Below are positions 1 to 9,887 of a stretch of DNA of 64,000 nucleotides, in pieces. The DNA comes from an uncultured Gemmatimonadaceae bacterium (GTDB taxonomy: Bacteria > Gemmatimonadota > Gemmatimonadetes > Gemmatimonadales > Gemmatimonadaceae). The position numbers were made by a program, and so were the translations under genes. The first letter of the stretch is position 1; every line of letters starts with the position of its first letter. Below the pieces are notes generated by a model that saw only the letters and a program-made list of their open reading frames with translations, had not been told where the DNA came from and made no database searches. The stretch is taken from the NCBI GenBank assembly GCA_963716745.1, contig OY970320.1, forward strand, positions 1,984,001 through 2,048,000, given 5' to 3'.

Positions 1-1052
1 CGTCCTCGCGCATCCTGTCGGCGCTCGACAACGTGCCCGCCGGTGTGATCCCGCAGGATTATCGCGCCATGCCCGCGGCGCAACCGGCGAGTCGCGCGCC
101 GCGCATCCCGGCGTGGACGCTGCGAGTCGCGGCATCGGTGGTCGTGGTCGCCGCGGGGACGCTGATCGTGGTCGATCGCTACGGTTCGTCGCCGCGCGCT
201 TCGACGCTCGAGCAGCTCAAGGCGAAGGACGCCGAGGCGCCGACAGCGGCGCCCGCGAACGCACCTGCACCGGTGACCGTTGAGCGCAGCGAATCCTCGG
301 CGGTGCAGGCTCCGGCGACTCCGAGCGCGGGCCGGCCCGCGACGAATGAACTCGCGGCCGGCGCGCTGAGCGACAAACTGGAAGCCGATGCGAAGCAGAA
401 GGTGGAGGATCCGCAGCGTGCCGCGAACGTCCGCGATTCCGGTGCTTCCGCCGCGTCTGGCGCGGCTGGCGCGAACGTCGCTGTTCCGGAGGCCGCGGAG
501 CGCACCCTCGCCTCGAAGCCGGAGATGAAGACGGCGCCGGCGCCCGCCGCCGTCAGCGGTGCGCTATCGGCTCCGGCGTCCGCTGCGCCCGCGCCCGGGC
601 TCGCCGCGGATCAGATGCAGCTCACACCGAAGGCACCGAGCGTGCAGAGCGCGCAGTCGTCCGTTGCCACCACGGCGAAGCACGCGGCGCCAATGCCATT
701 CCCGGGCATGCGGCTCGTGAGCGAACAGATGGTCACGGAGGATGCCGTACTGGTCCAGAAGCGTGTGTTCGAAGTGCGGCCCGGCATCCAGGTGACGCTC
801 GCCAGTTTCGCGAGCGCGCCCGCCCAGCCCGCGGAGGCGCGCAGCGACGCGGACAGCGCGACGCGCGACTCGGTCGGCCGCATGGCGCGGCGTCAATTCC
901 GGATGAAGAGTCTCGATGAACCCGTTGCGGGGATCAACTCTATTCAGTGGACCGACTCCACCGGCACCGAGTTCATGCTCAGCGGTCCTTTGCCGCTGGA
1001 TTCGCTGCGCGCGTTGCGGCCATACCTGCCGGTGCGGCCCCAGCGTCCGTAG
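1..1052 (+). CDS. Membrane-anchored Ala/Pro-rich protein, probably the C-terminal part of a zf-HC2 anti-sigma-like protein (5' truncated)
   Basis: Frame open from the window edge (SSRILSALDNVPAGVIP...), one TM segment (WTLRVAASVVVVAAGTLIV), low-complexity linker and C-terminal domain ending in LSGPLPLDSLRAL. Confidence 0.55.
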   Translation, partial: SSRILSALDNVPAGVIPQDYRAMPAAQPASRAPRIPAWTLRVAASVVVVAAGTLIVVDRYGSSPRASTLEQLKAKDAEAPTAAPANAPAPVTVERSESSAVQAPATPSAGRPATNELAAGALSDKLEADAKQKVEDPQRAANVRDSGASAASGAAGANVAVPEAAERTLASKPEMKTAPAPAAVSGALSAPASAAPAPGLAADQMQLTPKAPSVQSAQSSVATTAKHAAPMPFPGMRLVSEQMVTEDAVLVQKRVFEVRPGIQVTLASFASAPAQPAEARSDADSATRDSVGRMARRQFRMKSLDEPVAGINSIQWTDSTGTEFMLSGPLPLDSLRALRPYLPVRPQRP

Positions 1053-2055
1053 CGCCGTCGGCGTCCTTGTCGGCGTCGTCACGCAGCGCCCGGAGCACCG
1101 TGCCGCCCGCGACGAGTGCGCCGAGCAGCACGAAGATGTAGAAGGTGTAGAACCGCCACCAAATGAGCGACGCACCGAACACGCGCGCGGGGATCGTGCC
1201 TCCGAGCGTGGCCTTGAACGCGACCTCGATCGCCCCGCCGCCGCCAGGCACCGGAGCGATCACGCTGCCATACGTGAGCGCGATGGGCCAGAGGATGAGC
1301 GGCGCGAGCGGCGCCGGTTCATGGAACGAGTAGACGATGAGCGGCAGGATCGAGAGCCGGAGCGCCACGTGCGCGAGCGACGCGAGGAGCGCGAGCGTCG
1401 CCATCCCGTAGCGCACGTCCCGCAATCCGTGAATGCCCTCGCGCAATTGGCGGAGCGACCGCTGCACACCGCGCCACCGCGCGGCGTTGAGCCCCACGTA
1501 ATGCGCCCACTTCGGTGCTGGGCCCGAGGCGTGCGTGCGGGAGAGCGCGAAACCGATCGCGGCGCCGCCGAGCACGAAGAGCGCGTACGCGGCGACCAGT
1601 CCCGCCATGCCGAGGATCATCGCGCCCGAGCTGTTGAATACCACGAACATCGCGACCGCCACGAGCGCGAGCGAGATCATCTCCAGGAACAATTCCGCGA
1701 AGATCACGAGGATGATCTGCGCCGACGGCATCCCGGCCTCCGACAGGATCAGGAACCGCGCGGGCTCCGCACCGGTGCGCGCCGGCGTGATGGCGGCGCC
1801 GAAATCGCCTCCCGCGCTCGCGCGCAGCGCGGAACCGTACGTCATCGGGATCGAGAGCGCCGCCGCGCTGAGGCGCACCTTGAGGCCGCGTGCGCCAAGC
1901 TCGAGCAGCGCGAGGGCGAGCAGCGCCGCATGCACTAGCGGTGACACCGATACCGCCGCGTTCTCCGCGGGCCACGACGAACGCACAATGTAGAGCGAGA
2001 CTCCGATCGCGGCGGCGAAAGAGACCACCGCCAGCGTCCAGCGGAACGGTGTCAC
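979..2055 (-). CDS. Lysylphosphatidylglycerol synthase TM / flippase-like domain protein (UPF0104 family)
   Basis: Polytopic; motifs ITPARTGAEPAR, PVPGGGGAIE, IWWRFYTFY; probable GTG start at 2055. Confidence 0.8.
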   Translation of the reverse strand: MTPFRWTLAVVSFAAAIGVSLYIVRSSWPAENAAVSVSPLVHAALLALALLELGARGLKVRLSAAALSIPMTYGSALRASAGGDFGAAITPARTGAEPARFLILSEAGMPSAQIILVIFAELFLEMISLALVAVAMFVVFNSSGAMILGMAGLVAAYALFVLGGAAIGFALSRTHASGPAPKWAHYVGLNAARWRGVQRSLRQLREGIHGLRDVRYGMATLALLASLAHVALRLSILPLIVYSFHEPAPLAPLILWPIALTYGSVIAPVPGGGGAIEVAFKATLGGTIPARVFGASLIWWRFYTFYIFVLLGALVAGGTVLRALRDDADKDADGATDAGAAPAGMAATRAANPAAKDR

Positions 2056-2071
2056 GCGCGGCGGCCGGCGA

Positions 2072-4541
2072 TCACCGGACCTGCACCGCCTCGAGCGGCG
2101 ACATGCGTCGCACCGCAGGGTACGGAACGCGCTCGCCCTTGAGCGCGCGCCACAGCTCGCGGTTGAAGTCGTCCTCGTTGGCGCGGTCCGGCGCGGAGAG
2201 GTCGAGCGGCCGCCCGCGCGCTGACCCGACGCGCACCGCCGGATTCTTCTCGTCGAGGCGCTGCGAGGGCGTGACCGCGACGTACGGCGTGAGATCAGGC
2301 TCGCTCGCGAACACGTCGCGCAACGGCCGGCCGTAATAATCGAATTGCGACAACGATCCGAGATGCAGGATCTCCACGATCGTCGCGATGACATCGGTGG
2401 TGTTGGTGAACCGGTGCACCGGACCCGGTTTGCTGTACGCCGAGATCGCGAACATCACGGACCGGTGCGAGTCCACGTGGTCGGGTCCGTTCTGCGCGTC
2501 ATCTTCGACGACGAACACCACGGTGTTCTTCCAGAAGCGCGACCGGGAGAGCGCCTCCACCAATCGCCCGAGCGCGAGGTCATTGTCGGCGAACGCCGCG
2601 CGCGGCGCGATCGCGCCCGCCCGCATGCCCGACGTGTGGTCGTTCGGCAACGTCATGGTGATGAGCGCCGGCATCTCGCCCGTGCGATCGAACTCCTTGA
2701 ACTCCGCGAGCCAGACATCCATCCGGTGCTGGTCGAGGATCGCGAGATCGAAACCGGGGAAGTCCGGGTTCGTGTGGCCGCGCATCACCTTCTTCACGCC
2801 CTCGAAGCCTCCCTTCCGGCCGGAGGCGCGAAGTGTGCTGTCGAAATACGTGAACTCGCCGTAGTCGCGGAACGTGATGTTCGCTTTGGCGGCTGCGTTC
2901 CAGAGATATCCGTTCGCCGGCTCCGCGACGTCATCGTCCGTCAATTCATTGCGGTTCTCGCCTCCGTAGTCGTCATCGCGCCCTTGATCGGCATACGCGA
3001 GTGAGGTGGTCTTCTGGACGTACTCGGTCGCGTACGAGCCGAACGTCCAATTGTGCCCATCGGCGCTCACCTCGGCGTTCACGAAGAACCGGTCGTACGC
3101 GCCGAACCGCTGGGCGAGCGCGTGATGGTTGGGCGATGACGCGAGCCCGAAGAACTGCAGCGACGTGTCGCCGTCCACGCCCGGCAAGTCGCTCAGCACC
3201 TGATCGAAGGTGCGGTTCTCCTTCAGGATGTAGATCACGTGCTCGAAGGGCGGATAGTGCGCGGCCGATCGCGCCGGCGCGTCCCAGCCGTTCGCGTGGG
3301 CCACGCGCGCGGACAACGGCGCGAATGCGGCCGAGTCGCCCATCGCGCCGGCGAACGCCAACACGGTGCCATTGAGCTGCCCCAGCGTGTAGGCGTGGGT
3401 CGTCGCGCCGCTCGGGCTCATTGGCGTCGGATCGCCCACGTTGGGACCGGGCACGTGCCCCTTCGCGTTGAGCACCAGGATCGTATCACCGGTCATCGCG
3501 AGCCCCGCAGGATACCACTCCACCGGGAATCGTCCCATGAGCCGGTCCGCACCGACGGCCCCTTTCACGCCCGACGTGGCCGCCGACAGGTCGAACACCG
3601 CCACCGCATTATTGTCCGCCTCGGCCACGAAGAGCCGCGTGCCGCTCGCCGAAAGCGCGAGCGCGTTCGGCGTGCTTCCCTCGCCGGGACCGGCCGGCGC
3701 GGCATCGTGCAACTCGGCGATGATCTTGCGCGAGCGCGTATCCAGCACGACGACACGGTCGGTGGTGGACGAGGCCACATACAATCGCGCGCCGTCGTCG
3801 CTCAACAACAGCGCCGACGGGTGGCGGCCGGCCGGGATCGAGGCCGCCGGCGCAAGCGTGCCGCCGGAACGCGCGGTGAATACGGCCACTGCGTTGCCGT
3901 CCCAGGCCGACGCGTACACCGTGCCGTCGGGCGCGACCGCGACGCCATACGGGTACCGGCCCGTGGGGAAGCCGCTGCAGCACGCGCTTCGACGCGACAT
4001 CGAGCACCACGATCGAATCGGCGAGGTTCTCCACGGCGTAGATGATCCGGCCGTCGCGCGACCATGCGAGCCCCGCTGGATAGCGCGTCCCGCTCGGCCC
4101 CCGATTGGACGCGAGCACAATGCTGTCGCGCAGCGTGGCGACGCCCATGTGCCACGAGAACAAGTAGATCGCATCCGCGTTCCCGCCCGACGCCGCCAGC
4201 ATGTTGCCGTCCGGCGAAAATGCGAGACCCAGGAACGCGCTCGGCAGCGGCTGAGTGGCGGTCACTCGGCCATACTGCCGGTCGATGATCTGAATGCCGC
4301 GCTCCTTCCAGCCATTCAACAAGAGGACGGCGTAGCGGCGATCGGGGGAGAGCACCATCGCCAGCGGCAGCGAGCCGGCTTGCACGGATGGCGCGACCGG
4401 ATCGAGATAATTGCCCGTGGGCAGCCTGTGCTCGGCGTCATCCACCGCTCGCGCCGCGCTCGTGGACGGCAATGTCTTGCCGCACGCCGCGAGCGCGATT
4501 GCCATGCCGGCGGCCGCGACCGCGCGCGCAATGTTATTCAC
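2072..4541 (-). CDS. YncE-like beta-propeller / phosphoesterase (alkaline phosphatase superfamily) lipoprotein, frameshifted near 3965
   Basis: Lipobox LAAC; propeller repeats; KENRTFDQ, SADGHNW, LPNDHT, EDDAQNGPDHVDSHR motifs; two ORFs joined by one indel. Confidence 0.85.
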
Positions 4542-5106
4542 AGTGCCAGCGGAGATGCAGTGAGATATCGGCGTGGTGACTCTGTCCCTTCTTGACGCCC
4601 ATCTTCACGAAATTGCTCGCATGCAGCGCGCCGGAGCGGCCGAGTGGGTCGGAAAGCTCCGCTCCGCCGCGGCCGTCGCCGTAGGTCTTCGTTCCGATCG
4701 AGACCTCGACGTTCCCGATGCGCGAATGCGCACAATGAGAATAATTGTTCCCGACGGGCAGATCGCCGTCGCGCGGATTGTAGATCGTGAAGCTCACGCG
4801 TGCGTTGCAATGCAGGCCCTCCACCTGGAGGAGGCGGTCGCCGTTGCTCTCGCTCGAGATGCAGCTCATGATGAACGCGCTGTCGGCCGAGAAATGCTGC
4901 GCGCCCGTCACGGTGAGCGACATCGGCCGGTTCGCCTTCGCGACGGCCAATGCGAATTTTCGCGCGGAGTCGGCGAGGGCCCGGTCCTGGGCCGCGGCGG
5001 CGGTACTGTCGGCCGCGAACTTCGGGTCCGAGTTCTTCGGCGGGTCCTTGATCACCTGGTCGCAGGCGGCGAGCAACACGAGCAATCCGGCGGTCGCGAG
5101 GCGCAT
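4534..5106 (-). CDS. Hypothetical lipoprotein
   Basis: MRLATAGLLVLLAAC lipobox; abuts neighbouring genes in the same operon. Confidence 0.65.
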   Translation of the reverse strand: MRLATAGLLVLLAACDQVIKDPPKNSDPKFAADSTAAAAQDRALADSARKFALAVAKANRPMSLTVTGAQHFSADSAFIMSCISSESNGDRLLQVEGLHCNARVSFTIYNPRDGDLPVGNNYSHCAHSRIGNVEVSIGTKTYGDGRGGAELSDPLGRSGALHASNFVKMGVKKGQSHHADISLHLRWHCE

Positions 5107-5117
5107 GGGGGTCGGCG

Positions 5118-6083
5118 CTACGGTTTGAGCGGCGGCATCGCGTAGAACTCCACGCGATCCTGATCCATGATCGGGATCGCGAGCCGCGAGCGGCGCGTGT
5201 CCACGCCGAAATCGGCCGGCGCGGTGAATCCCCGGACGATCGTCTGCTGATTCCCGTGATTGATGATCAGCGCGTGCTCGGCCCAGCTCGTGATCACCGA
5301 GCGCCCGTCGGCGAGCATCTCGACGCCGTCCGATTGGTTCGCGCCGAAGCCGATCGTACGCGCCGTCTTGTCGCCGGGGCGCCAGCTGAGGATGTGAACG
5401 TCGCCCCACTGCACGATGATGAAGCGTTTGCCGCGCGCATCCCACGTGATGCCGTTGGGCGAGCCGAGCGAGTCACTGTGGAGCGCCACCGATGTCTTGC
5501 GATCCGGACCGATGCGGAAGATCCGGTTGCCCTTCGTTTTCGTCGATTTCCCATCGGGCCCGGTGTCGGTGATGTAGAGCGCACCGTCAGGCGCGGCGGC
5601 GATGTCGTTCAGGAAGATGGCGCCGAGCTTCTGGAGGTCCACCGAGGCGACCAGCGCACCGGTGTTCTTGTTGAACCCGCGCACGACGTCGAGGTCGGCC
5701 ACCCAGAGCGTGTCGCCGACGATCACGAGCCCGTGCGGCGAGTGGAGCGTCACGCCATCGCGTCCGCCGGCAATGAAGAGCAGGGAATCCACGGTGCCAT
5801 CGGCGCGCATGCGCGAGATGAATCCGTTATTGTCCTTCGCGAGCTCCTCGCCATTGGTGCTCGAGACGAAGAAGACGTCGAGCGCCGAGTCGTAGCGCAC
5901 CGACTCGGGCGCCTTGAAACCGGTGATCGTCTGCGTGCGGCTCGGTGCGGCGATCGAATCAGCTTTGCGTTCGGCGAGCGCGGAATCGGCTTTCGCTTGT
6001 TTGGCATCGGGCGGCTTGCAGCCCGCCATGACGGCGAGCGCGATCACGCAGGCGGTGCGCGCGAATGACATGGGGCGGTTCAT
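5118..6083 (-). CDS. SMP-30/gluconolactonase/LRE-family beta-propeller lipoprotein
   Basis: Lipobox MAGC; GFKAPESV, FLNDIA, LYITDTG, PNGI and PADFG repeats. Confidence 0.8.
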   Translation of the reverse strand: MNRPMSFARTACVIALAVMAGCKPPDAKQAKADSALAERKADSIAAPSRTQTITGFKAPESVRYDSALDVFFVSSTNGEELAKDNNGFISRMRADGTVDSLLFIAGGRDGVTLHSPHGLVIVGDTLWVADLDVVRGFNKNTGALVASVDLQKLGAIFLNDIAAAPDGALYITDTGPDGKSTKTKGNRIFRIGPDRKTSVALHSDSLGSPNGITWDARGKRFIIVQWGDVHILSWRPGDKTARTIGFGANQSDGVEMLADGRSVITSWAEHALIINHGNQQTIVRGFTAPADFGVDTRRSRLAIPIMDQDRVEFYAMPPLKP

Positions 6084-6154
6084 CTCCGTTGAGCGTCCGG
6101 CCTCGGAAGTAGCGCACGGGGCGGAGTCGCGTCAAGACGCGAAGATCGCCCGGG

Positions 6155-6763
6155 CTAGTTGCCGAATCCGAGCGAGACGCCGATCTCGAGGAGGGTCACA
6201 GATCCGTGGACACCGAGGCCGCTGTAGGCGCCACCGAGATCGCCGGTATTGAACATGGACAGGTAGTTGACGAATGGAACAGCGGCGAAGGGCGTCTTGC
6301 TGAAACGCCAGTCGTAGCCCAGCCCCAGGCCCGCCGCGACACTCGTCGTTCCGCCGTTCCCGCCGCTCTGGTCGAAGGCGACGCGCCCGATCCCTGCGTT
6401 CGCGCGCACCCAGAAATTCCCGCGGTCGATCGGGTAGAACGCGACGGACGCCGTGTAAAACGACGCAATGGCTTCCGCGCCGCTGCCGAACTGTGACACG
6501 AGGTAATTCGTGACATCGACCTGGTCGAATTGCAACGCGATCCGCCACCGCTCGTTGAAGCTCCACCCGAGCGCGATCGATCCGGCGGCGGCGCCTTGGG
6601 ACCCCGAAGCATGCGCGTCGGAACTGTTGGACAGACTGGTGCCGAGGTTGCCGTACGCGAGGCCGATGCTCGCTGTGACTCCGGACGTGCGTTGGGCGCA
6701 CAGCGGAGCGGCCACGGCCAACGACGCGACCATGGCGATGGTCAACGAACGATCGATGCGCAT
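6155..6763 (-). CDS. Outer-membrane beta-barrel protein, array copy 6 (most divergent)
   Basis: Signal peptide; alternating amphipathic strands; shares FYP..NFWV.A..G.G and GLGYDW...PF.NY with the other copies. Confidence 0.75.
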   Translation of the reverse strand: MRIDRSLTIAMVASLAVAAPLCAQRTSGVTASIGLAYGNLGTSLSNSSDAHASGSQGAAAGSIALGWSFNERWRIALQFDQVDVTNYLVSQFGSGAEAIASFYTASVAFYPIDRGNFWVRANAGIGRVAFDQSGGNGGTTSVAAGLGLGYDWRFSKTPFAAVPFVNYLSMFNTGDLGGAYSGLGVHGSVTLLEIGVSLGFGN

Positions 6764-6830
6764 GCACAGCTCCCGGATACGGATGGGCCTGCTACACCGC
6801 GCCGTGCAATGCGGTCCGGCGACGAGCGAG

Positions 6831-6869
6831 AAACAAACGGGGCCCGCCGCGGATGCGACAGGCCCCGTT
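6831..6869 (-). terminator. Intrinsic terminator after copy 5
   Basis: Minus strand AACGGGGCCTGTCGC-ATCC-GCGGCGGGCCCCGTT then TGTTT; G:U pairs work only on the minus strand. Confidence 0.75.
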
Positions 6870-6889
6870 CGACTCCGGCGACTCAACGG

Positions 6890-7486
6890 TTAGTGCTTGA
6901 AGCCGATGCCGAGTCCGACCTGGAAGAGCGATGCCATGCCCTGCACGCCATCACCCGAGAGCGGGCCCCCGTACGTGGACTTCGAGAATTGCGTCAGATA
7001 ATTGGCGAACGGCTTGATGATGAGACCGCCCTTGCCGATGCCCCAATCGAAGCCCACGCCGACGCCGCCCGCCGTACCGTTCTGAGAAGTCCCCTGGAAG
7101 TCGCCGTCGATCGAATTGCCGCCGTAGCCGAGATTCAGTTTGACGAAGAGATTGCTGCCCATCGGGAACCAGGCGAGCGCCGCCGACCAGAACGTGCTCG
7201 TGATTTTGGTGCCGCCGTCGCAAAGGTTGCCGCATCCCGTCTTGGCATAATTCCACTCGGCGCCGATCGCGAATCTCGAACTCAATCGCCAGCCGGCGTT
7301 GGCATAGTACGAGACGCCGTCCCCCGATTGGTTCGGCGTCTCGGCGGCGCTGTTGAAGTCGGCCTTGTTCGAGGCGTAGCCGGCGCCGCCGCTGATGTAG
7401 AACCCGGTGCGGCTTTGGGCGGCGGCCGGGCTGGCCGCGGTCACGGCCGCGAGGAAGAGTACTGCGAGGATCGTGAGCTGGCGCAT
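6890..7486 (-). CDS. Outer-membrane beta-barrel protein, array copy 5
   Basis: AGGAGG RBS; signal peptide ending AAA-Q; about 8 amphipathic strands; ends GLGIGFKH. Confidence 0.85.
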   Translation of the reverse strand: MRQLTILAVLFLAAVTAASPAAAQSRTGFYISGGAGYASNKADFNSAAETPNQSGDGVSYYANAGWRLSSRFAIGAEWNYAKTGCGNLCDGGTKITSTFWSAALAWFPMGSNLFVKLNLGYGGNSIDGDFQGTSQNGTAGGVGVGFDWGIGKGGLIIKPFANYLTQFSKSTYGGPLSGDGVQGMASLFQVGLGIGFKH

Positions 7487-7540
7487 GATTCCTCCTGTGT
7501 TGATGGCCAACTCACGTTGACACAGTGATCATGGGGATGC

Positions 7541-7576
7541 AACAAGGGACCCGTCGTGATCGCGACGGGCCCCTTG
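7541..7576 (-). terminator. Intrinsic terminator after copy 4
   Basis: CAAGGGGCCCGTCG-loop-CGACGGGTCCCTTG then TT. Confidence 0.65.
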
Positions 7577-7596
7577 GTCACTGCGAGAAACTTGTT

Positions 7597-8196
7597 CTAG
7601 TGCTTGTAGCCGATGCCGACGCCGACCTGGAAGAGCGAGGCCTTCCCGTTGATGCCCTCGCCCGAGAGCGCTCCGCTGTATGTCGCCGATGAGAACTGGG
7701 TCATGTAGTTCGCGAACGGCTTGACGATGAATCCGCCTTTCCCGATCGCCCAGTCGAAGCCCACGCCAATGCCGCCGAAGAAGCCCATCTCGGAGGCCGA
7801 CTCACCGCCGCCGCTGATCTCGTCGCCGCCGTAGCCAAGGTTCGCCTTCACGAAGAAATTGTTCTTCTCCATCGGGAACCACGTGAACGCGGCGGAATAG
7901 AAGCTGTTCGCGATCTTGTCGGGGCTGCAATTGTCGCAGCTCGTGCTCGCGTAGTTCCATTCAGCGCCAATCGCGAACTTCTGGTTGAGCAACCACCCGA
8001 ACTGAGCATAGTAGGTCGCGCCGCTGCCGCTCTCGTCCTGGCTCTCGCCGGACGAACTGATATTGACCTTGTTCGAGCCATAGCCAACGCCACCGCTGGC
8101 ATAGAAGCCCTGGCGGACCTCGGCCTGCGCCGAGACCGAGCTGGCCGTGAGTAATGCGGCTACAGCGAGTGCTGCGAGGATCGCGAGCTTACGCAT
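7597..8196 (-). CDS. Outer-membrane beta-barrel protein, array copy 4
   Basis: AGGAGG RBS; signal peptide; ends GVGIGYKH. Confidence 0.85.
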   Translation of the reverse strand: MRKLAILAALAVAALLTASSVSAQAEVRQGFYASGGVGYGSNKVNISSSGESQDESGSGATYYAQFGWLLNQKFAIGAEWNYASTSCDNCSPDKIANSFYSAAFTWFPMEKNNFFVKANLGYGGDEISGGGESASEMGFFGGIGVGFDWAIGKGGFIVKPFANYMTQFSSATYSGALSGEGINGKASLFQVGVGIGYKH

Positions 8197-8330
8197 GATT
8201 CCTCCTGCGAGGGTGGGTGCCCTGGCCCGATAGGGCGGGGCAGAGTAACACGTAGCCAAGGCTGTCGCTTCTCGACCGCCAACGCAACTGGCTAATGGAC
8301 GCCGCCGCGCCCCTCGTGGTCACGCTTGGC
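8197..8330 (-). promoter_or_regulatory. Conserved leader/promoter module, copy A
   Basis: Collinear with 8995-9125: ACCCTCGCAGGAGG RBS, TACTCT, GCCTTGGCT, GCCA-N7-TGGC and CGTG-N2-CACG. Confidence 0.6.
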
Positions 8331-8342
8331 AATGGCACGTAG

Positions 8343-8375
8343 AAAACGGGGCCCGCCGCGAGTGCGACGGGCCCC
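8343..8375 (-). terminator. Intrinsic terminator after copy 3
   Basis: GGGGCCCGTCGC-ACTC-GCGGCGGGCCCC then GTTTT. Confidence 0.75.
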
Positions 8376-8400
8376 TCTTCCACACACTCAAATTACGCGC

Positions 8401-8994
8401 TTAGTGCTTGTAGCCGATGCCGACGCCGATCTGGAAGAGTGACGCCTTTCCCTGGATGTCTTCGCCAGAGAGCGCTCCGCCGTACGTCGACTTGGAAAGC
8501 TGCACCATGTAGTTGGCGAACGGCTTCACGATGAAGCCGCCTTTCCCGATGGCCCAGTCGAATCCGACTCCGAGGCCGCCCGAGAAGCCACTCTCCGACG
8601 CTGACTCGCCGCCTTCACTCAGCTCACTCCCGCCGTAGCCGAGATTGACCTTCGCGAAGAAGTTGTTCTTCGGCATGGGGAACCAGGTGAGCACCGCCGA
8701 ATAGAAGCTGTTCGCGTTATTGAGCCCGTCGCAGCAGCTCGTCTTGGCATAGTTCCACTCGGCGCCTACGGCCCACTTCTGGTTCAACATCCAACCGGCC
8801 CCGACGTACCAAGTTCCGCCGCTGTTGGTCTTGGATTGACTCACGCTGCCCTGACTCTCGGTGAACGCGTTCGACCCATAGCCACCGCCGGCGCTGCCGT
8901 AGAAGCCCTGGCGGACCTCCGCCTGGGCGGAGACCGAGCTGGCCGTGAGAACTGCTGCTGTGGAGAGTGCTGCGAGGATCGCAAGCTTACGCAT
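8401..8994 (-). CDS. Outer-membrane beta-barrel protein, array copy 3
   Basis: AGGAGG RBS; signal peptide nearly identical to copy 4; ends GVGIGYKH. Confidence 0.85.
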   Translation of the reverse strand: MRKLAILAALSTAAVLTASSVSAQAEVRQGFYGSAGGGYGSNAFTESQGSVSQSKTNSGGTWYVGAGWMLNQKWAVGAEWNYAKTSCCDGLNNANSFYSAVLTWFPMPKNNFFAKVNLGYGGSELSEGGESASESGFSGGLGVGFDWAIGKGGFIVKPFANYMVQLSKSTYGGALSGEDIQGKASLFQIGVGIGYKH

Positions 8995-9125
8995 GGTGCC
9001 TCCTGCGAGGGTTGGTGCCGCGGCATTCGGGCCGAGGCAGAGTAGCGGGTACAGCCAAGGCGGTCTGTTCGCGACCGCCAATGCATCTGGCAAATTGACG
9101 CGGTGGCCTGCGCCGTGGTCACGGG
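8995..9125 (-). promoter_or_regulatory. Conserved leader/promoter module, copy B
   Basis: Homologous to 8197-8330 with motifs at the same offsets (+/-1 nt) from the ATG. Confidence 0.6.
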
Positions 9126-9140
9126 CGCCAGTCTCGCAGG

Positions 9141-9178
9141 AAAAAGGGCCCGCCGCTCCGCGACGGGCCCCCTTTTTT
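9141..9178. terminator. Intrinsic terminator after copy 2 (possibly bidirectional)
   Basis: AAAAAGGGCCCGCCGC-TCC-GCGACGGGCCCCCTTTTTT, with A and T tracts on both sides. Confidence 0.8.
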
Positions 9179-9198
9179 CATTGCTCCAGCGAGCCGTT

Positions 9199-9810
9199 CT
9201 AGTGCTTGTAGCCGATCGCCACGCCGAACTGCATCAGCTGCGCGCGACCTTTGGCTCCCGTGAACGACTCCCCGCCGCTATACGTGGCGCTCGAGACTTG
9301 CGCCATGTAGTTGGCGAACGGCTTCACGATGAACCCGCCCTTGCCGATCTGCCAATCGTAACCGAAGCCCAGGCCGGCCGCGAAGCCGCCCTCGGTGTCA
9401 GATCCGGCGCCCGCGAACGACGCTTCGTTCTGGGCGTATCCGAGATTCAGCTTGAGGAAGAAATTGCCCGTGGGGCTCGGGTAGAACGTGGCCGCAGCGG
9501 TATAGAAGGAGTTGGTGAGGTGGATATTCCCGCCGCTGCAGAGATCACAGCTGCTCTTCATGTAGTTGAAGTCAATGCCGAACGCCCACTGTGGCTTCAC
9601 ACCGAGTCCGATCCCCGCGAACCACGTCGCCTCTTGTCCGGATGCGTCGACCTTGTCGCCGCCACCGAAGTCGACATTCGTGCTCTGCGCGCCGTATCCT
9701 CCGCCGACGCTGCCGTAGAACCCCTTGTGCGTATCGGTCTGCGCGGAGAGCGTGCTCGCCGCGAACATGCTTGCGAAACCCAGTGCTGCAATCATCGAAA
9801 GCTTTCTCAT
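9199..9810 (-). CDS. Outer-membrane beta-barrel protein, array copy 2
   Basis: GGAG RBS; signal peptide; ends GVAIGYKH. Confidence 0.85.
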   Translation of the reverse strand: MRKLSMIAALGFASMFAASTLSAQTDTHKGFYGSVGGGYGAQSTNVDFGGGDKVDASGQEATWFAGIGLGVKPQWAFGIDFNYMKSSCDLCSGGNIHLTNSFYTAAATFYPSPTGNFFLKLNLGYAQNEASFAGAGSDTEGGFAAGLGFGYDWQIGKGGFIVKPFANYMAQVSSATYSGGESFTGAKGRAQLMQFGVAIGYKH

Positions 9811-9841
9811 GTTGGCTCCAAAAAAGGTGGCGTCAGTCAGT

Positions 9842-9864
9842 GGAACTCGAATTGGTCGAGTCCC
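9842..9864 (-). other. Intergenic hairpin without an adjacent U-tract, between copies 1 and 2
   Basis: GGGACTCGA-CCAAT-TCGAGTTCC, 9-bp stem with one G:U pair. Confidence 0.45.
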
Positions 9865-9887
9865 GTTGGCTATGGTTGTCGTCGTGC

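Noticed and set aside
979..1052. 74-bp convergent gene overlap as antisense regulation
   Set aside because: Both tails are low-complexity, and stop-codon scarcity at high GC explains the overlap
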